Sequence record: EU719189.1
Direction: 5' to 3' (one strand)
DNA from: Clostridioides phage phiCD27
Length of the DNA: 50,930 nt
A program made the position numbers and the translations under genes. The notes beneath the pieces are model-generated. The model saw nothing but the letters and a program-made list of their open reading frames with translations, was not told where the DNA came from and searched no databases. Positions 11,099 through 21,120 of the stretch are shown here, in pieces (position 1 is the stretch's first letter; every line of letters starts with the position of its first letter).

Positions 11099-11521
11099 AT
11101 GGGAAAATATGATGAAAATATTATAGATGCTGCAAATGTTGTTGATGGTTCAAATGCTAGAATAATAATTGATGGAGAAGAAGAAGGATATGGAACAGAA
11201 TTTACAGCTGAAGTAGAAAATGATAAAAAGACTTTTAGAGTAATTGGTTGTAAATGGGAACTTAACAAGGCATCCACTCAAAAAGGTACTTTTTCTTTAA
11301 CAGTACTTAAAACTACATCTAAGTGGATTAAAAAAGGATTTAATAAATTTGAAATAATTACAGAAATAGAAAATCCTGGGCTAGTTGGATATGAGAGAAT
11401 TAGATATAAAAATTGTATGGTAGATAAAATACAACTAGCAAGCATAAAATCTGATGAAAATATAGAAATACAAGTAGATGGAACTTTTGAAGGATTTGAA
11501 CTTTTAGATGAAATAGCATAA
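11099..11521 (+). CDS. tail tube protein (XkdM-like)
   Basis: 140 aa directly after sheath, RBS AAGGAGG, followed by a terminator. Confidence 0.8.
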   Translation: MGKYDENIIDAANVVDGSNARIIIDGEEEGYGTEFTAEVENDKKTFRVIGCKWELNKASTQKGTFSLTVLKTTSKWIKKGFNKFEIITEIENPGLVGYERIRYKNCMVDKIQLASIKSDENIEIQVDGTFEGFELLDEIA

Positions 11522-11532
11522 TAAATAAATTT

Positions 11533-11568
11533 AAGCTACACGTAATTAATTTTATGTGTAGCTTTTTA
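11533..11568 (+). terminator. intrinsic terminator after tail tube gene
   Basis: AAGCTACAC ... GTGTAGCTT 9-bp stem followed by TTTTTAT. Confidence 0.65.
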
Positions 11569-11597
11569 TAAAACTATAAAATTGGAGGAAGTTAAAA

Positions 11598-12071
11598 ATG
11601 GAAAACTTAGATAAAGAATTTTTAAATGAAGGAATAGAAGAAGAAAGAGAGCTTACTAAAGATGAAATAGCAAAGCAACAAGAAGATAATATAATTATGA
11701 AATTGACAGAGGATGCTATATTACCTGAAAAAACTATTTTTGTAAAAAGATTAGATATACCACTTACGCTTAGGGCTTTAACAGAAAAAGAGATAAGTGC
11801 ATTGCAAAAAAAATATACAAAAGTTACTAAGGTAAGAGGTAGAAGGGAAAGCAAACTAATGGAAGATGAATTTAATATAGCTCTAATAGAAAAGGCTACA
11901 ATAGTTCCTAATTTTAGTGATGCAAGACTTCTTAATTCTATGAATGTATCTAGTGGTGTTGAATTTATAAGAAGAAAGTTCTTAGCAGGAGAAATCGCAT
12001 TAATTAGTGATGAGGTACTAGAATTGTCTGGATTTTATGAAGAATTAAGTGATGATGATATAAAAAACTAA
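11598..12071 (+). CDS. tail assembly chaperone (XkdN-like), frame-0 product
   Basis: 157 aa acidic protein between tube and tape measure. It ends in a slippery AAAAAAC heptamer immediately before its stop. Confidence 0.7.
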   Translation: MENLDKEFLNEGIEEERELTKDEIAKQQEDNIIMKLTEDAILPEKTIFVKRLDIPLTLRALTEKEISALQKKYTKVTKVRGRRESKLMEDEFNIALIEKATIVPNFSDARLLNSMNVSSGVEFIRRKFLAGEIALISDEVLELSGFYEELSDDDIKN

Positions 12072-12232
12072 TAAAGAGAGGTGGGAAGATTACTATTTTA
12101 TATAACGCATATGTTAAACATAGTGTTCTTCCAGAAGATTTTCTGAAAAGAGAGAAAACACCTCAACAGCTTCTTAGAGTTTTTACACAGCATGAAATAG
12201 AGCAGGAAAATAAAGCTATGAAAAATAAATAA
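12059..12232 (+). CDS. -1 frameshift extension of tail assembly chaperone (xkzB-like, G/GT-type)
   Basis: The -1 frame is open from 12059 to the stop at 12230-12232, with no ATG start. A slippery A_AAA_AAC at 12062-12068 lies 1 nt before the frame-0 TAA. The shift would add 54 aa (LIKRGGKITILYNAYVKHSVLPEDFLKREKTPQQLLRVFTQHEIEQENKAMKNK). Confidence 0.5.
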   Translation, partial: YKKLIKRGGKITILYNAYVKHSVLPEDFLKREKTPQQLLRVFTQHEIEQENKAMKNK

Positions 12233-12251
12233 AATTTAAACTGAAAGCGAG

Positions 12252-15200
12252 GTGAGAGAAATAGCTAAAAAAGAGATGTATCACATTGATGTTGTCATTG
12301 ATGTTACAGGAGATGAACAAACTAAAAACAAATTAAGTGCTATGGAAAGATACACGAAACAGACAGAAAAGAGAATAAAAGCACTTAATAGGATAAAAGC
12401 TAATCCAGTTATACAAGCTCAAGATAAAACATCTAGTGTTGTAAATAGAATTAGCAACAACTTAAAAAGAGTGGGTAGAACTATATCTACCACTATAAAT
12501 GCAAAAGATAAAGCATCTAGTGTTGTAAATAGAGTTAAAAATAAAGTAAATAGTTTGCTTACAAGTAGACAAAGAGAAGTTTTATTAAGGGCTAGAGACA
12601 GAGCTAGTCAAGTTGTAGATAAAGTAAAAGCTAAGGTACAAAATTTGACTGCGGCTACAATAATTAGTTTGAATATGAAAGCTGACCCAGCATTAAGAGT
12701 TATTTCTCAAACTAGAAGTAAATTAGGAGAGCTCAAGAATAATACAATAATAAATATTAAAGCAAAAGGTGAAGAAGCATTAAATACTATTTCTCGTACT
12801 AAGAGTAAATTACAAGAGTTTTCTAATAGAACTTACCAAGCAATTGTAAAACTAAAAGATGAAGCTAGTCCAACATTGAGTGGCTTAGATGGTAAGATAA
12901 GTTCTTTTATAAGTAGTACTATTAGTAAGTTTACACAATTAGCAGTAACAGCAACAGCGTTAATTGGTGGCGTTGGGGTAGGAAGTGCTATAAAAGGATT
13001 TGCAGACTTTGAACAAGCAATGAAAAACGCACAAGCTGTATCAAGTGCAAATTCAAAAGAAATGGCAGAAATGACTGCAATGGCAAGGGAAATGGGTCGT
13101 ACAACTAGCTTTACAGCTAAAGATGCAGGGAATGCTATGTATTTTATGGGGATGGCTGGATGGAAAAGCAAAGAAATGATTGCTGGTCTACCTGGTATAT
13201 TAAATTTGGCAGCAACAGGTCAGACAGATTTAGCACTAACAGCAGATATTGTGACTGATGGTTTAACTGCTTTAGGGCTAACTGCAAAGGATACAGGAAT
13301 GTTTGTTGATGTCATGGCAGCAACAGTTACAAACTCTAATACAGACATAGAAAGAATGGGTGAAACTTTTAAGTATATGGGAAGTGTTGGAGGAGCATTA
13401 GGTGTTTCCATGAAAGATTTGAGTTTAGCAACTGGCTTAATGGCTAGTGCAAGCGTTAAAGGGAGCATGGCAGGTACTGCACTTAGAGGTGGTTTAGTTA
13501 GATTAATAAAACCCCCAGCTGAGGCACAGAAAGCTATGAATAAATATGGAATAGAAATAAAGAAAACAAAAGATGGAAATTTAGATTTAGCTAGTACAAT
13601 CGTTGGCCTTAGAGAAAAATTAGGCGGACTTGAAGGAGTACAAAAAAGTGCTGCAATAAGTAGTATATTTGGGCGTACAGCCATGGCAGGTTGGGCGGCT
13701 GTAGTAAATGCAAGCGAAAAAGATTTTAATAAATTAACAACAGCGATTGCAGAGAGTGAAGGAGAAGCTAAGAGAATTGCTGACATGAAATTAGATACTC
13801 TATCGGGACAATTTACTATTTTAAAAAGTGCTATTGATGATGTTAGAATATCAGTAGGACAGAAGCTTGGGAAAGTTACAAGAGGTTTTGTTGAGCAACT
13901 AACAAAAGATATGCCTAAAATAGGAGATAAAATAGTTGGCTTTGTAAGCAGTTTTATTAAAAATTTTGATAAAATTAAAAGTGTTTTACAAGGCGTAATT
14001 TCTATTATTGGTGGTGTTGTTGCTGGATTTATGGCTTTTAAGGCTTTAACAGTAATTTCTAGCGTAATAAGTATAATTACAAAGATAGCCACAGCATCAA
14101 CATTAATTGGAGGAATAGTTGGGGTTCTTGGACCTATTGGTGCAATAGTTTTAGCTATAGGTATGTTGGCAGGAGCGTTTTTATTTGCTTATCAAAAATC
14201 CGAAATTTTTAGGAATGGTATTAAGAATATAGGGAAATCAATGTCTAATTTTTTAAAACCTTTAAATACTTTTATAGAACAAATAAAAAGTAAATTTAAA
14301 GAACTTATGAATGCGTTAAAACCTTTGTTTTTAGCTGTTTCTGAATTAGGCTCAATGATTATAAGCGCTTTATCACCAGTTATACAATTTTTGGCGACAG
14401 TTTTCATAATAAAATTTGTATATTCATTTAATGTAATTGTTAACAAGGTAAAAGCTATAGTAAATACAATAACAGGAGTAGTAAATGGTTTAATAGAGAT
14501 ATTTAAAGGAATAGCTGATGTAGTTAAAGGCTTTATAAATGGAGATATAAGCCAAGTAGCTAACGGGCTTAAATCTATTTTTAAAGGGATTATAGATATT
14601 GTTAAGTCATTGTGGAGTGGGTTAGTAGATTTTGTGACATCACCAATTCAAGCTGTAGTCGATATTTTGGATACTAAGTTTGGTAAAAAAGTGGAAGGCA
14701 TAAAGAAAAAATGGAATGAATTAAAAGACTTTTTAAAAAATCCTGCTAAAGCAGTTCCAAAGGTTCAACCAGTTAATTTATCTAGCGAGAAAGCATCAAA
14801 CGAGTTACAAGCTTCATCAAACGGAGCAAAAGCATATATAAGCTCATTAAGTCAAAAAATAGGTGAAGGTATCGGAAAGATTAAAGAGAAATTTGGAGAA
14901 CTCAAAACATCTGCGACAGAAGTATTTAATAATATAGTAACTTTTATAGGTGGCAAAGCAGCTGAATTAAAAGATAAACTTTTAGAAGGCATAAAACCTG
15001 CTATAGATACATTTAAACAAGCTTTTTCTAATCTTAAAGAAACTTTTGGGGGCTCTTTGGACAGTATAAAAGAAGCTTTTGGAAGTTTAAAAACTGTATT
15101 TAATGAAAATATTAAAACACCTTTTGAAAATTTAAAACAAAAAGTTTTAGAAACAAAAGAAAGTTTAAAAGCAGTTTTTGATAACTTAAAATCTAGTTTT

Positions 15201-16541
15201 GCAGAGTTAGGAAAAGCTCTTGAACCAATAAAAGAGGTATTTAGTGGAATAAAAGAATTTTTTTCAAATTTATTTAAACCAATTGAAGATAATGGGGCAA
15301 CTAAGACAACTAAAACTAATATGGATAAGTTAAAACAATCAACACAAAGTGCAGGAACGTCTTTCAAAGAGCTAGGGAATGCTTTTAATCAATTAAAAGA
15401 AGCAGCAAAACCTTTTGTAGATTATTTAAAACAAATAAAAGATTCTTTAGCATCTACTTTCGGAGATATAGGAGGAGAATTACTTAAAGGTGTAGCAACT
15501 TCTATAGTTTTAGTTATAACTTCTGTTATTAATGCGATTGCATCTATTATAAACGCTGTAGCAGGTGCTATAAAAGGTGTAATTGACATAATAAAAGGAA
15601 TATTCGAAATCATAGGTGGGATAATTAGTGGTGATGGTGAAAAAATAAAACAAGGATTTTCTGATGTTTTCAAAGGAATTGGGGAAGTAGTTAAATCATT
15701 GTGGGAAGGTATAAAAGGTGTTTTAGGAGCACCAATTAAAGCTGTTGTAGATTTTGTAAGTAATGGTTTTTCGGAAAAAGTGGGTCAGGTAAAACAATGG
15801 TGGACTGATTTAAAAACTAATGTAGGTCAAAAAATAAGTGGATTTGTTAGTTTTGTAAGCAATGGTTTTCAGCAAAAAGTTCAACAAGTTGGTTTATGGT
15901 GGCAAGGATTAAAGATTAAATTATCTGGGAAAATAAGTGGATTTGTAAGTCTTGCAGAAAACGGATTTAAAAGTAAAGTAGATTCAATTAAATCTGCTTG
16001 GGATTCTCTTAAAAAGAAACTTTCTACCAAAATAACTGGGTTTGTAAGTATAGTAAAAACTGGAATAAGTAATGTATTAGACCGTTTTGCTGAGGGTGGA
16101 GTTGCAAGTAAACCAAGTATTTGTGGAGAAGCAGGCCCCGAAATGGTTATTCCTCTTTCTAATAGCAAGAGAAGTAGAGCGTTAAGTTTGTATGAACAAG
16201 CAGGACAGATGCTTGGAACTAAAACAAGTAATAATGTTATTCCAATCTCTCAAAAATTAGGAACTAGTTTTAATTCTACAAATAGCATCCAAAATAGTAA
16301 TTCTAGTATTATTAATAATGTTAGGCAATTTCCTACCAAACAAGAAGAATTTAATAATACAGAAAATAGAATTTACCAAGAAGCTCAACCACAAAACATA
16401 ATTTCTAGTGGAAGTAATGCGATTAATGTTGGTGGAATATCTATAAATATTCAAGGTAGCAATAACAAAGAAGAAATGGTGCAAGAAATATTGTCTCAAG
16501 TAGAAAGTGAATTAAGAGAAGCAATAGAAAACATTGGATAA
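12252..16541 (+). CDS. tail tape measure protein
   Basis: 1429 aa. N-terminal coiled-coil repeats, a central TP901-type tape-measure core (GMAGW, hydrophobic TM-like segments) and long repetitive helical C-terminal half. Sits after the chaperone pair. Confidence 0.9.
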   Translation: MREIAKKEMYHIDVVIDVTGDEQTKNKLSAMERYTKQTEKRIKALNRIKANPVIQAQDKTSSVVNRISNNLKRVGRTISTTINAKDKASSVVNRVKNKVNSLLTSRQREVLLRARDRASQVVDKVKAKVQNLTAATIISLNMKADPALRVISQTRSKLGELKNNTIINIKAKGEEALNTISRTKSKLQEFSNRTYQAIVKLKDEASPTLSGLDGKISSFISSTISKFTQLAVTATALIGGVGVGSAIKGFADFEQAMKNAQAVSSANSKEMAEMTAMAREMGRTTSFTAKDAGNAMYFMGMAGWKSKEMIAGLPGILNLAATGQTDLALTADIVTDGLTALGLTAKDTGMFVDVMAATVTNSNTDIERMGETFKYMGSVGGALGVSMKDLSLATGLMASASVKGSMAGTALRGGLVRLIKPPAEAQKAMNKYGIEIKKTKDGNLDLASTIVGLREKLGGLEGVQKSAAISSIFGRTAMAGWAAVVNASEKDFNKLTTAIAESEGEAKRIADMKLDTLSGQFTILKSAIDDVRISVGQKLGKVTRGFVEQLTKDMPKIGDKIVGFVSSFIKNFDKIKSVLQGVISIIGGVVAGFMAFKALTVISSVISIITKIATASTLIGGIVGVLGPIGAIVLAIGMLAGAFLFAYQKSEIFRNGIKNIGKSMSNFLKPLNTFIEQIKSKFKELMNALKPLFLAVSELGSMIISALSPVIQFLATVFIIKFVYSFNVIVNKVKAIVNTITGVVNGLIEIFKGIADVVKGFINGDISQVANGLKSIFKGIIDIVKSLWSGLVDFVTSPIQAVVDILDTKFGKKVEGIKKKWNELKDFLKNPAKAVPKVQPVNLSSEKASNELQASSNGAKAYISSLSQKIGEGIGKIKEKFGELKTSATEVFNNIVTFIGGKAAELKDKLLEGIKPAIDTFKQAFSNLKETFGGSLDSIKEAFGSLKTVFNENIKTPFENLKQKVLETKESLKAVFDNLKSSFAELGKALEPIKEVFSGIKEFFSNLFKPIEDNGATKTTKTNMDKLKQSTQSAGTSFKELGNAFNQLKEAAKPFVDYLKQIKDSLASTFGDIGGELLKGVATSIVLVITSVINAIASIINAVAGAIKGVIDIIKGIFEIIGGIISGDGEKIKQGFSDVFKGIGEVVKSLWEGIKGVLGAPIKAVVDFVSNGFSEKVGQVKQWWTDLKTNVGQKISGFVSFVSNGFQQKVQQVGLWWQGLKIKLSGKISGFVSLAENGFKSKVDSIKSAWDSLKKKLSTKITGFVSIVKTGISNVLDRFAEGGVASKPSICGEAGPEMVIPLSNSKRSRALSLYEQAGQMLGTKTSNNVIPISQKLGTSFNSTNSIQNSNSSIINNVRQFPTKQEEFNNTENRIYQEAQPQNIISSGSNAINVGGISINIQGSNNKEEMVQEILSQVESELREAIENIG

Positions 16542-16555
16542 TTGTCGAATTATTG

Positions 16556-16586
16556 TTGAAAAAATCCTCCTTATAGATGCTATAAT
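16556..16586 (+). promoter_or_regulatory. sigma-A-like promoter with extended -10 driving the inserted membrane protein gene
   Basis: TTGAAA at 16556-16561 and TGcTATAAT at 16578-16586. The 19-nt spacer is suboptimal. RBS GAGGGGGA lies 9 nt before the ATG at 16621. Confidence 0.45.
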
Positions 16587-16620
16587 TTAATTATAAATCA
16601 TGTGAGGGGGATTTTTACTA

Positions 16621-17478
16621 ATGTGGGAAAAGTTTAAAAGTCTAAACGTTTTTTTAAAGATACTTATAGTAATTATAGCTATTGGTATGTTACCAGCAAC
16701 ATTATTTTTTCTGTCAATAGTTCTTTTTGTTACACTTTTTAAAAAGAAAAAAAAGATTGCATGCATAATGTCTCTTATTTTAGTTGCTTTAACATTTAAC
16801 TTTGCAAATTTTTGGTATTCGATGGATACAACTGTTACTGCCAGTAATACAAAATCAGAAGAAATAAAAAATACTGATAAAAAGAAATTGGAAGAGAAAA
16901 AAACTAAAGGGGAAGCTGATAAGAAGAAAGAACAAGAAGAACAAAAAAAACAAGAAGAATTAAAAAAAGCAGAAGAACAGAAAAAACAAGAAGAAAAGAA
17001 AGTACAAACTGAACAACAAAAAAAAGATGAAGAAGCAAAAAAAATAGCAGGTGAGAAGAAAAAGCAAGAAGATGCTGAAAAAAAAGCACAAGCAGAACAA
17101 ACCAAAAAGAATGAACTTGTGAAAAAACTAGAAACATATGAAAAATTATATTTAATGATTCCTGCTAGTATAGAAGAAACATCAGCTTCAAATAATGTAC
17201 TTGAATTACAAAAAACATTTGCAACGGGAAGAGATGTCGCTTCAAAATGTTGGCAAGAGCTAGGTGATTTAAAAGATAAATATAGTACTGAATCAAATGA
17301 GTATAAAGCTATACAGAATTTGCAGTTAGCATTTTTTGTAGTAAAAGATGCATGTAAAAATGGAATAAAATATTTAGACAAAAATGAATATAAATATTAT
17401 GAGAAATATGAAAAAAATTGTAATGAAGCGGGTGCTTGGTATAGTGATTTTGTAACTTTAAAAGAGAAAATTAAATAA
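16621..17478 (+). CDS. membrane-anchored K/E-rich coiled-coil protein (moron, unknown function)
   Basis: 285 aa. Two N-terminal TM helices, about 110 aa of KKQEE/KKxEE low-complexity charged repeats, and a roughly 130-aa C-terminal globular domain. It has its own promoter-like and terminator-like signals and is inserted between tape measure and XkdP-like genes. Confidence 0.6.
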   Translation: MWEKFKSLNVFLKILIVIIAIGMLPATLFFLSIVLFVTLFKKKKKIACIMSLILVALTFNFANFWYSMDTTVTASNTKSEEIKNTDKKKLEEKKTKGEADKKKEQEEQKKQEELKKAEEQKKQEEKKVQTEQQKKDEEAKKIAGEKKKQEDAEKKAQAEQTKKNELVKKLETYEKLYLMIPASIEETSASNNVLELQKTFATGRDVASKCWQELGDLKDKYSTESNEYKAIQNLQLAFFVVKDACKNGIKYLDKNEYKYYEKYEKNCNEAGAWYSDFVTLKEKIK

Positions 17479-17502
17479 AAAAATTAAAATAAATATAAAA
17501 AC

Positions 17503-17529
17503 ATCTACTAATTAGTGGGTGTTTTTAAT
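17503..17529 (+). terminator. intrinsic terminator after inserted membrane protein gene
   Basis: CTACTAA/TTAGTGG hairpin around the palindrome ACTAATTAGT, followed by GTGTTTTTAAT. Confidence 0.5.
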
Positions 17530-17556
17530 ATGCACTTAATTAAGTGAGGTGATAAC

Positions 17557-18228
17557 TTGGTAATAGACATTTATCTAAAAAACGAAAAAGAAAAAATAGA
17601 TTTCCATTTTCCAGTAAATCCACAAGATTCCCTATCTATTAAAAAAGAAAAAAGGTTTGAAACTGTAGACATAGTAAATTTAGGTGAATTTGACATTAAA
17701 AAAGAAGGGGAGAAGATAAGAGAAATATCATTCAAGACCTTCTTACCCAACTTATATGACGCTTCTTATTGCAGATACAGCGAGTTAAAAAATCCAATCG
17801 AAGTAGTGTCAATGCTTGAAAAATGGGTAGACCAAGCCGAACCTTTAAGACTTATTATCACTGGTTTTGGTTACAATGGATTAGTCACAATATCTAGTTT
17901 TAGCAATACTCAAACAGCAGGAAGAGAAGAAGATAGAGACATTGAGATAACATTTAGAACTTACAGAGAACTAAAGATAGAGACATTAAAAAAAGAAACT
18001 AAAAGTACTACTAAAACAAATTTAAAGGATAATAGACCTAATACCCAAACTAAATCCAAAATATATACAGTTACATCTACAGACACATTATGGAGCATTG
18101 CAAAGAAATTTTTAGGTAAAGGCTCAAGGTGGACAGAGATTTATAATATCCCCGAAAACAAAAAAGTCATTGGTAAAAATCCTAATGTGATTAAAAAAGG
18201 ACAAAAGTTGGTGATACCTAGCAAATGA
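17557..18228 (+). CDS. LysM-domain tail protein (XkdP-like)
   Basis: TTG start after RBS GAGGTGA. C-terminal LysM motif YTVTSTDTLWSIAKKFLG...WTEIYNIPENKKVIG...IKKGQKLVIP. Confidence 0.75.
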   Translation: MVIDIYLKNEKEKIDFHFPVNPQDSLSIKKEKRFETVDIVNLGEFDIKKEGEKIREISFKTFLPNLYDASYCRYSELKNPIEVVSMLEKWVDQAEPLRLIITGFGYNGLVTISSFSNTQTAGREEDRDIEITFRTYRELKIETLKKETKSTTKTNLKDNRPNTQTKSKIYTVTSTDTLWSIAKKFLGKGSRWTEIYNIPENKKVIGKNPNVIKKGQKLVIPSK

Positions 18229-19187
18229 AAATAATACTAAATGGAAAATATGATATTGCAAATTTTAACGAGGGAATAACGTTAAGTGAAGCTATAGACG
18301 GGGTTGCATATAAAATGGATGTATCTTTAGTAGAACCTAAACAACTTCAAGATATAGGAATTAAAAAAGGTGACAAGATAGTTCTAATTGACATTGCATA
18401 TGAGAGTAAAAAAGAAGAGACGATATTTGATGGTGTCATATGGGAAACTAGGAGAAGTGAAAAGAGCAAGAAACTGACACTATCTTGTAGAGAAAGAACA
18501 GTTTACATGGAAGAATCAGAGGAACAATATTCGTTTAAAGAAAATACAGCAACACAGAGGATTGAGTACTACTGTAAACAATGGAATATACCTTACTACA
18601 ATCTAGCTAATACAGGGAAGAAACTTGCTAAAGTAATACATAAGACTAATATCTTAGATATGATAAAAAAGGACTTAAAAGAAACTGTAACAAAAGGTGG
18701 AGACTTATTTAGAGTAAGAATGGATAATAAGCTGAAATTATTTAAACTTGGTACTAATGCAAATGTATATAAACTAGATAGTATATTAGAAGATGCAAAC
18801 TTTACAAGTAGTTTTAATGATGCAGTAACATCTGTAAAGGTTTTAGGAAAGAGTAAAGACGAAAATACAAAAGCACCTATTATCGGAACATATAAGAAAG
18901 ACTCAGATAAGTATGGAACACTACAAAAGATTAAACAAGATGAAAAGATAAAAAATGCTAAAGAAGCTAAGAAAGCAGCAGAAGCAATGTTTAATTCGGG
19001 TGAAGAAACAATAAGTGTAGATTGCGTGGTAGATATAAATAGAATAAGGGCAGGTGACAAGGTAAGTTTAAAAAGTAAAGAATATTATGTTATAGATGTC
19101 ACTCATACACTAGATTCTAGACCAAAAATGAAGCTCAATATAGGGACTTTAGAATATATAAGGAGGAAGTTTTATACAAATGACTGA
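18225..19187 (+). CDS. baseplate hub/late control gene D-like protein (XkdQ-like)
   Basis: 320 aa, overlapping start. Position after the LysM protein in PBSX-like order. Confidence 0.55.
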   Translation: MKIILNGKYDIANFNEGITLSEAIDGVAYKMDVSLVEPKQLQDIGIKKGDKIVLIDIAYESKKEETIFDGVIWETRRSEKSKKLTLSCRERTVYMEESEEQYSFKENTATQRIEYYCKQWNIPYYNLANTGKKLAKVIHKTNILDMIKKDLKETVTKGGDLFRVRMDNKLKLFKLGTNANVYKLDSILEDANFTSSFNDAVTSVKVLGKSKDENTKAPIIGTYKKDSDKYGTLQKIKQDEKIKNAKEAKKAAEAMFNSGEETISVDCVVDINRIRAGDKVSLKSKEYYVIDVTHTLDSRPKMKLNIGTLEYIRRKFYTND

Positions 19188-19542
19188 TGCTAGATTTAAT
19201 GGAGTTGCTAGAATATTGAAAGAAAAAATGAATAAAAGTGTTAATGATGGAGTTTTTGGAATAGGATGCGAACTTGCAGAAATAACAATAAATGGTCTTA
19301 AGGTGAATGGTTATAAAGATGAAATACAGGATTATTTAGTATTAGAGAATTTAACATTAAAAGAAGATTATTTTACTTTTTCAGATGAAGCTTTAAGTGG
19401 AGAATATAGGCATAAGCATAAAATAGAAACTACAAAAGAATTAAAACCCTTGACTATAGGTGATAAGGTGTTAGTAGCCGTCATGGGAGCTGAGTTTGTG
19501 GTCATTGGGAGGGTTGTAAATGCCAAACCTATTTCCAGTTAA
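19180..19542 (+). CDS. baseplate protein (XkdR-like)
   Basis: 120 aa in the conserved PBSX baseplate order. Confidence 0.5.
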   Translation: MTDARFNGVARILKEKMNKSVNDGVFGIGCELAEITINGLKVNGYKDEIQDYLVLENLTLKEDYFTFSDEALSGEYRHKHKIETTKELKPLTIGDKVLVAVMGAEFVVIGRVVNAKPISS

Positions 19543-19978
19543 TGAAACCTTTGAAACTGTAGAATTAAAAAATAATGATGAGAATGAACTGGACCTAAAG
19601 GGTTCTTTTTTATTTGACTTTATAAAAGGTGAATTTGTTAAAAATGCAGATGGAACATTAAAAAGATGTGATAAAGTTCAAGCATATAAACAATGGTGTC
19701 AAAAGGCTATATTAACACCTAGATACAAAAAAGCAGCTTATACAAACATTTATGGAAGTGAAATAAAAGACTTAATTGCCAGTAACTTATCTCAAAGCGC
19801 AAAAGAGCTTGAAATAACTAGATTAATAAAAGAAACTATTTTAGTTCATCCATATACAAAAGAAGTTAGTAATTTTATATTTGTTTGGCTTGAAAACAGC
19901 AGACTTGTTAATTATGAATTTGATGTACTAACAATAGATGATGAAAACATAACCATAGATGGAAATATAAAAAGGTAG
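19520..19978 (+). CDS. baseplate protein (XkdS-like)
   Basis: 152 aa in the conserved PBSX baseplate order. Confidence 0.5.
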   Translation: MPNLFPVNETFETVELKNNDENELDLKGSFLFDFIKGEFVKNADGTLKRCDKVQAYKQWCQKAILTPRYKKAAYTNIYGSEIKDLIASNLSQSAKELEITRLIKETILVHPYTKEVSNFIFVWLENSRLVNYEFDVLTIDDENITIDGNIKR

Positions 19979-19986
19979 GTGATTAC

Positions 19987-21120
19987 ATGGAAAGAGAGCT
20001 ACCTATACCAGTTTTTTTGACAGAAGATGAAGACACTATACATGAAAGGATGTTAAGCAACTTTCAAGATGTTTCTACATTAGAAGGTGACTTTATCTAT
20101 GATGCAACAAGACCTACAGCAGAGCAAATAGCCGAATTAAAACAACTAGGATTACAAAATAATTTAAAGATAGCATTTCCTCAAACTAGCTATGGAACTT
20201 ACTTAGAGTGGCTTGGTGAATGTAAGGGAGTATTTAAAAATCAACCTACAAAAGCAATAGGAACAATTACATTTACAGGTGTACAAGGAACTATCATTAC
20301 AAAAGGAACTATAGTAACTACTATTGCAACTGATGAAAAACAGAGCATAGAATTTGAGCTTCTTGAAACTAAAACTATAGGAGAAAATGAAACAGTAGAT
20401 ATTAAAGCAGAAAGTAGGATTGTAGGAACTATAGGGAATGTGTCTAAAGGTAGTATATCCGTTTTACTAGGTTCTATTAGTGGTGTTAAATCAGTTACTA
20501 ATAAAGAAGATTTCAGAGGTGGAACAGATATAGAAGATGAAGAACATTTTAGAGAAAGAGTTCTTGTAGCAGAACAAGAAGATAAACTTAGTGGAGCTAG
20601 TTCAGATTATATTCGTTGGGCTAAAGAAGTTAATGGAGTTGGATATGCTTATGTAGTTCCCGAATGGGCTGGAGCAGGTACAGTAAAAGTATTAATACTA
20701 GATAAAAATAGAAAAGCAGCAACACAGGAATTAATAAATAAGGTTCAAGAATATATATATCCAAATGTGGAAGAGGGTCAAAATCGAGATGGAAAAGCTC
20801 CTATAGGTGCTATTGTAACTATAGCCACTCCACAAACATTATTAATTAATGTAAAAGCTAGTTTTGTTTTTTCAAATGGATTTAGTCAAGAAACTGTGCT
20901 AAATATCTTAAAAAATAAAATAGACAAATATCTGGATAAAATAGATATTGGAGGTACTGTTTCTTATAATGCAATTTATTCACTAGCAGGTTCTATGATG
21001 CTTGCAGATGAAGGAATACAAGATTTTTCTAACTTAACAATAAATGATGGAACAACAAATATTATTTTAAATGACCAAGTTGTTGGAATAGGTGAGATAA
21101 TCAATGAGGTGATAGCGTGA
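19987..21120 (+). CDS. baseplate J-like protein (XkdT-like)
   Basis: 377 aa, size and position typical of Baseplate_J family proteins. Confidence 0.75.
   Translation: MERELPIPVFLTEDEDTIHERMLSNFQDVSTLEGDFIYDATRPTAEQIAELKQLGLQNNLKIAFPQTSYGTYLEWLGECKGVFKNQPTKAIGTITFTGVQGTIITKGTIVTTIATDEKQSIEFELLETKTIGENETVDIKAESRIVGTIGNVSKGSISVLLGSISGVKSVTNKEDFRGGTDIEDEEHFRERVLVAEQEDKLSGASSDYIRWAKEVNGVGYAYVVPEWAGAGTVKVLILDKNRKAATQELINKVQEYIYPNVEEGQNRDGKAPIGAIVTIATPQTLLINVKASFVFSNGFSQETVLNILKNKIDKYLDKIDIGGTVSYNAIYSLAGSMMLADEGIQDFSNLTINDGTTNIILNDQVVGIGEIINEVIA

Noticed and set aside
12833-16499. Several minus-strand ORFs (12833..13171, 13220..14092, 14192..14446, 14852..15367, 15422..15673, 15881..16168, 16257..16499) lie inside the tape-measure gene.
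   Set aside because: They lie entirely antisense within a 4.3-kb plus-strand gene in a uniformly plus-strand late operon. They have Ala/Ser/Pro/Ile-rich low-complexity composition, which is typical antisense of a helical repeat protein, and no RBS context.
16587-17381. A 264-aa minus-strand ORF overlaps the K/E-rich membrane protein gene.
   Set aside because: It is an S/F/C low-complexity translation of the antisense of the KKQEE repeats. The plus-strand ORF has a strong RBS, TM helices and a promoter and terminator.
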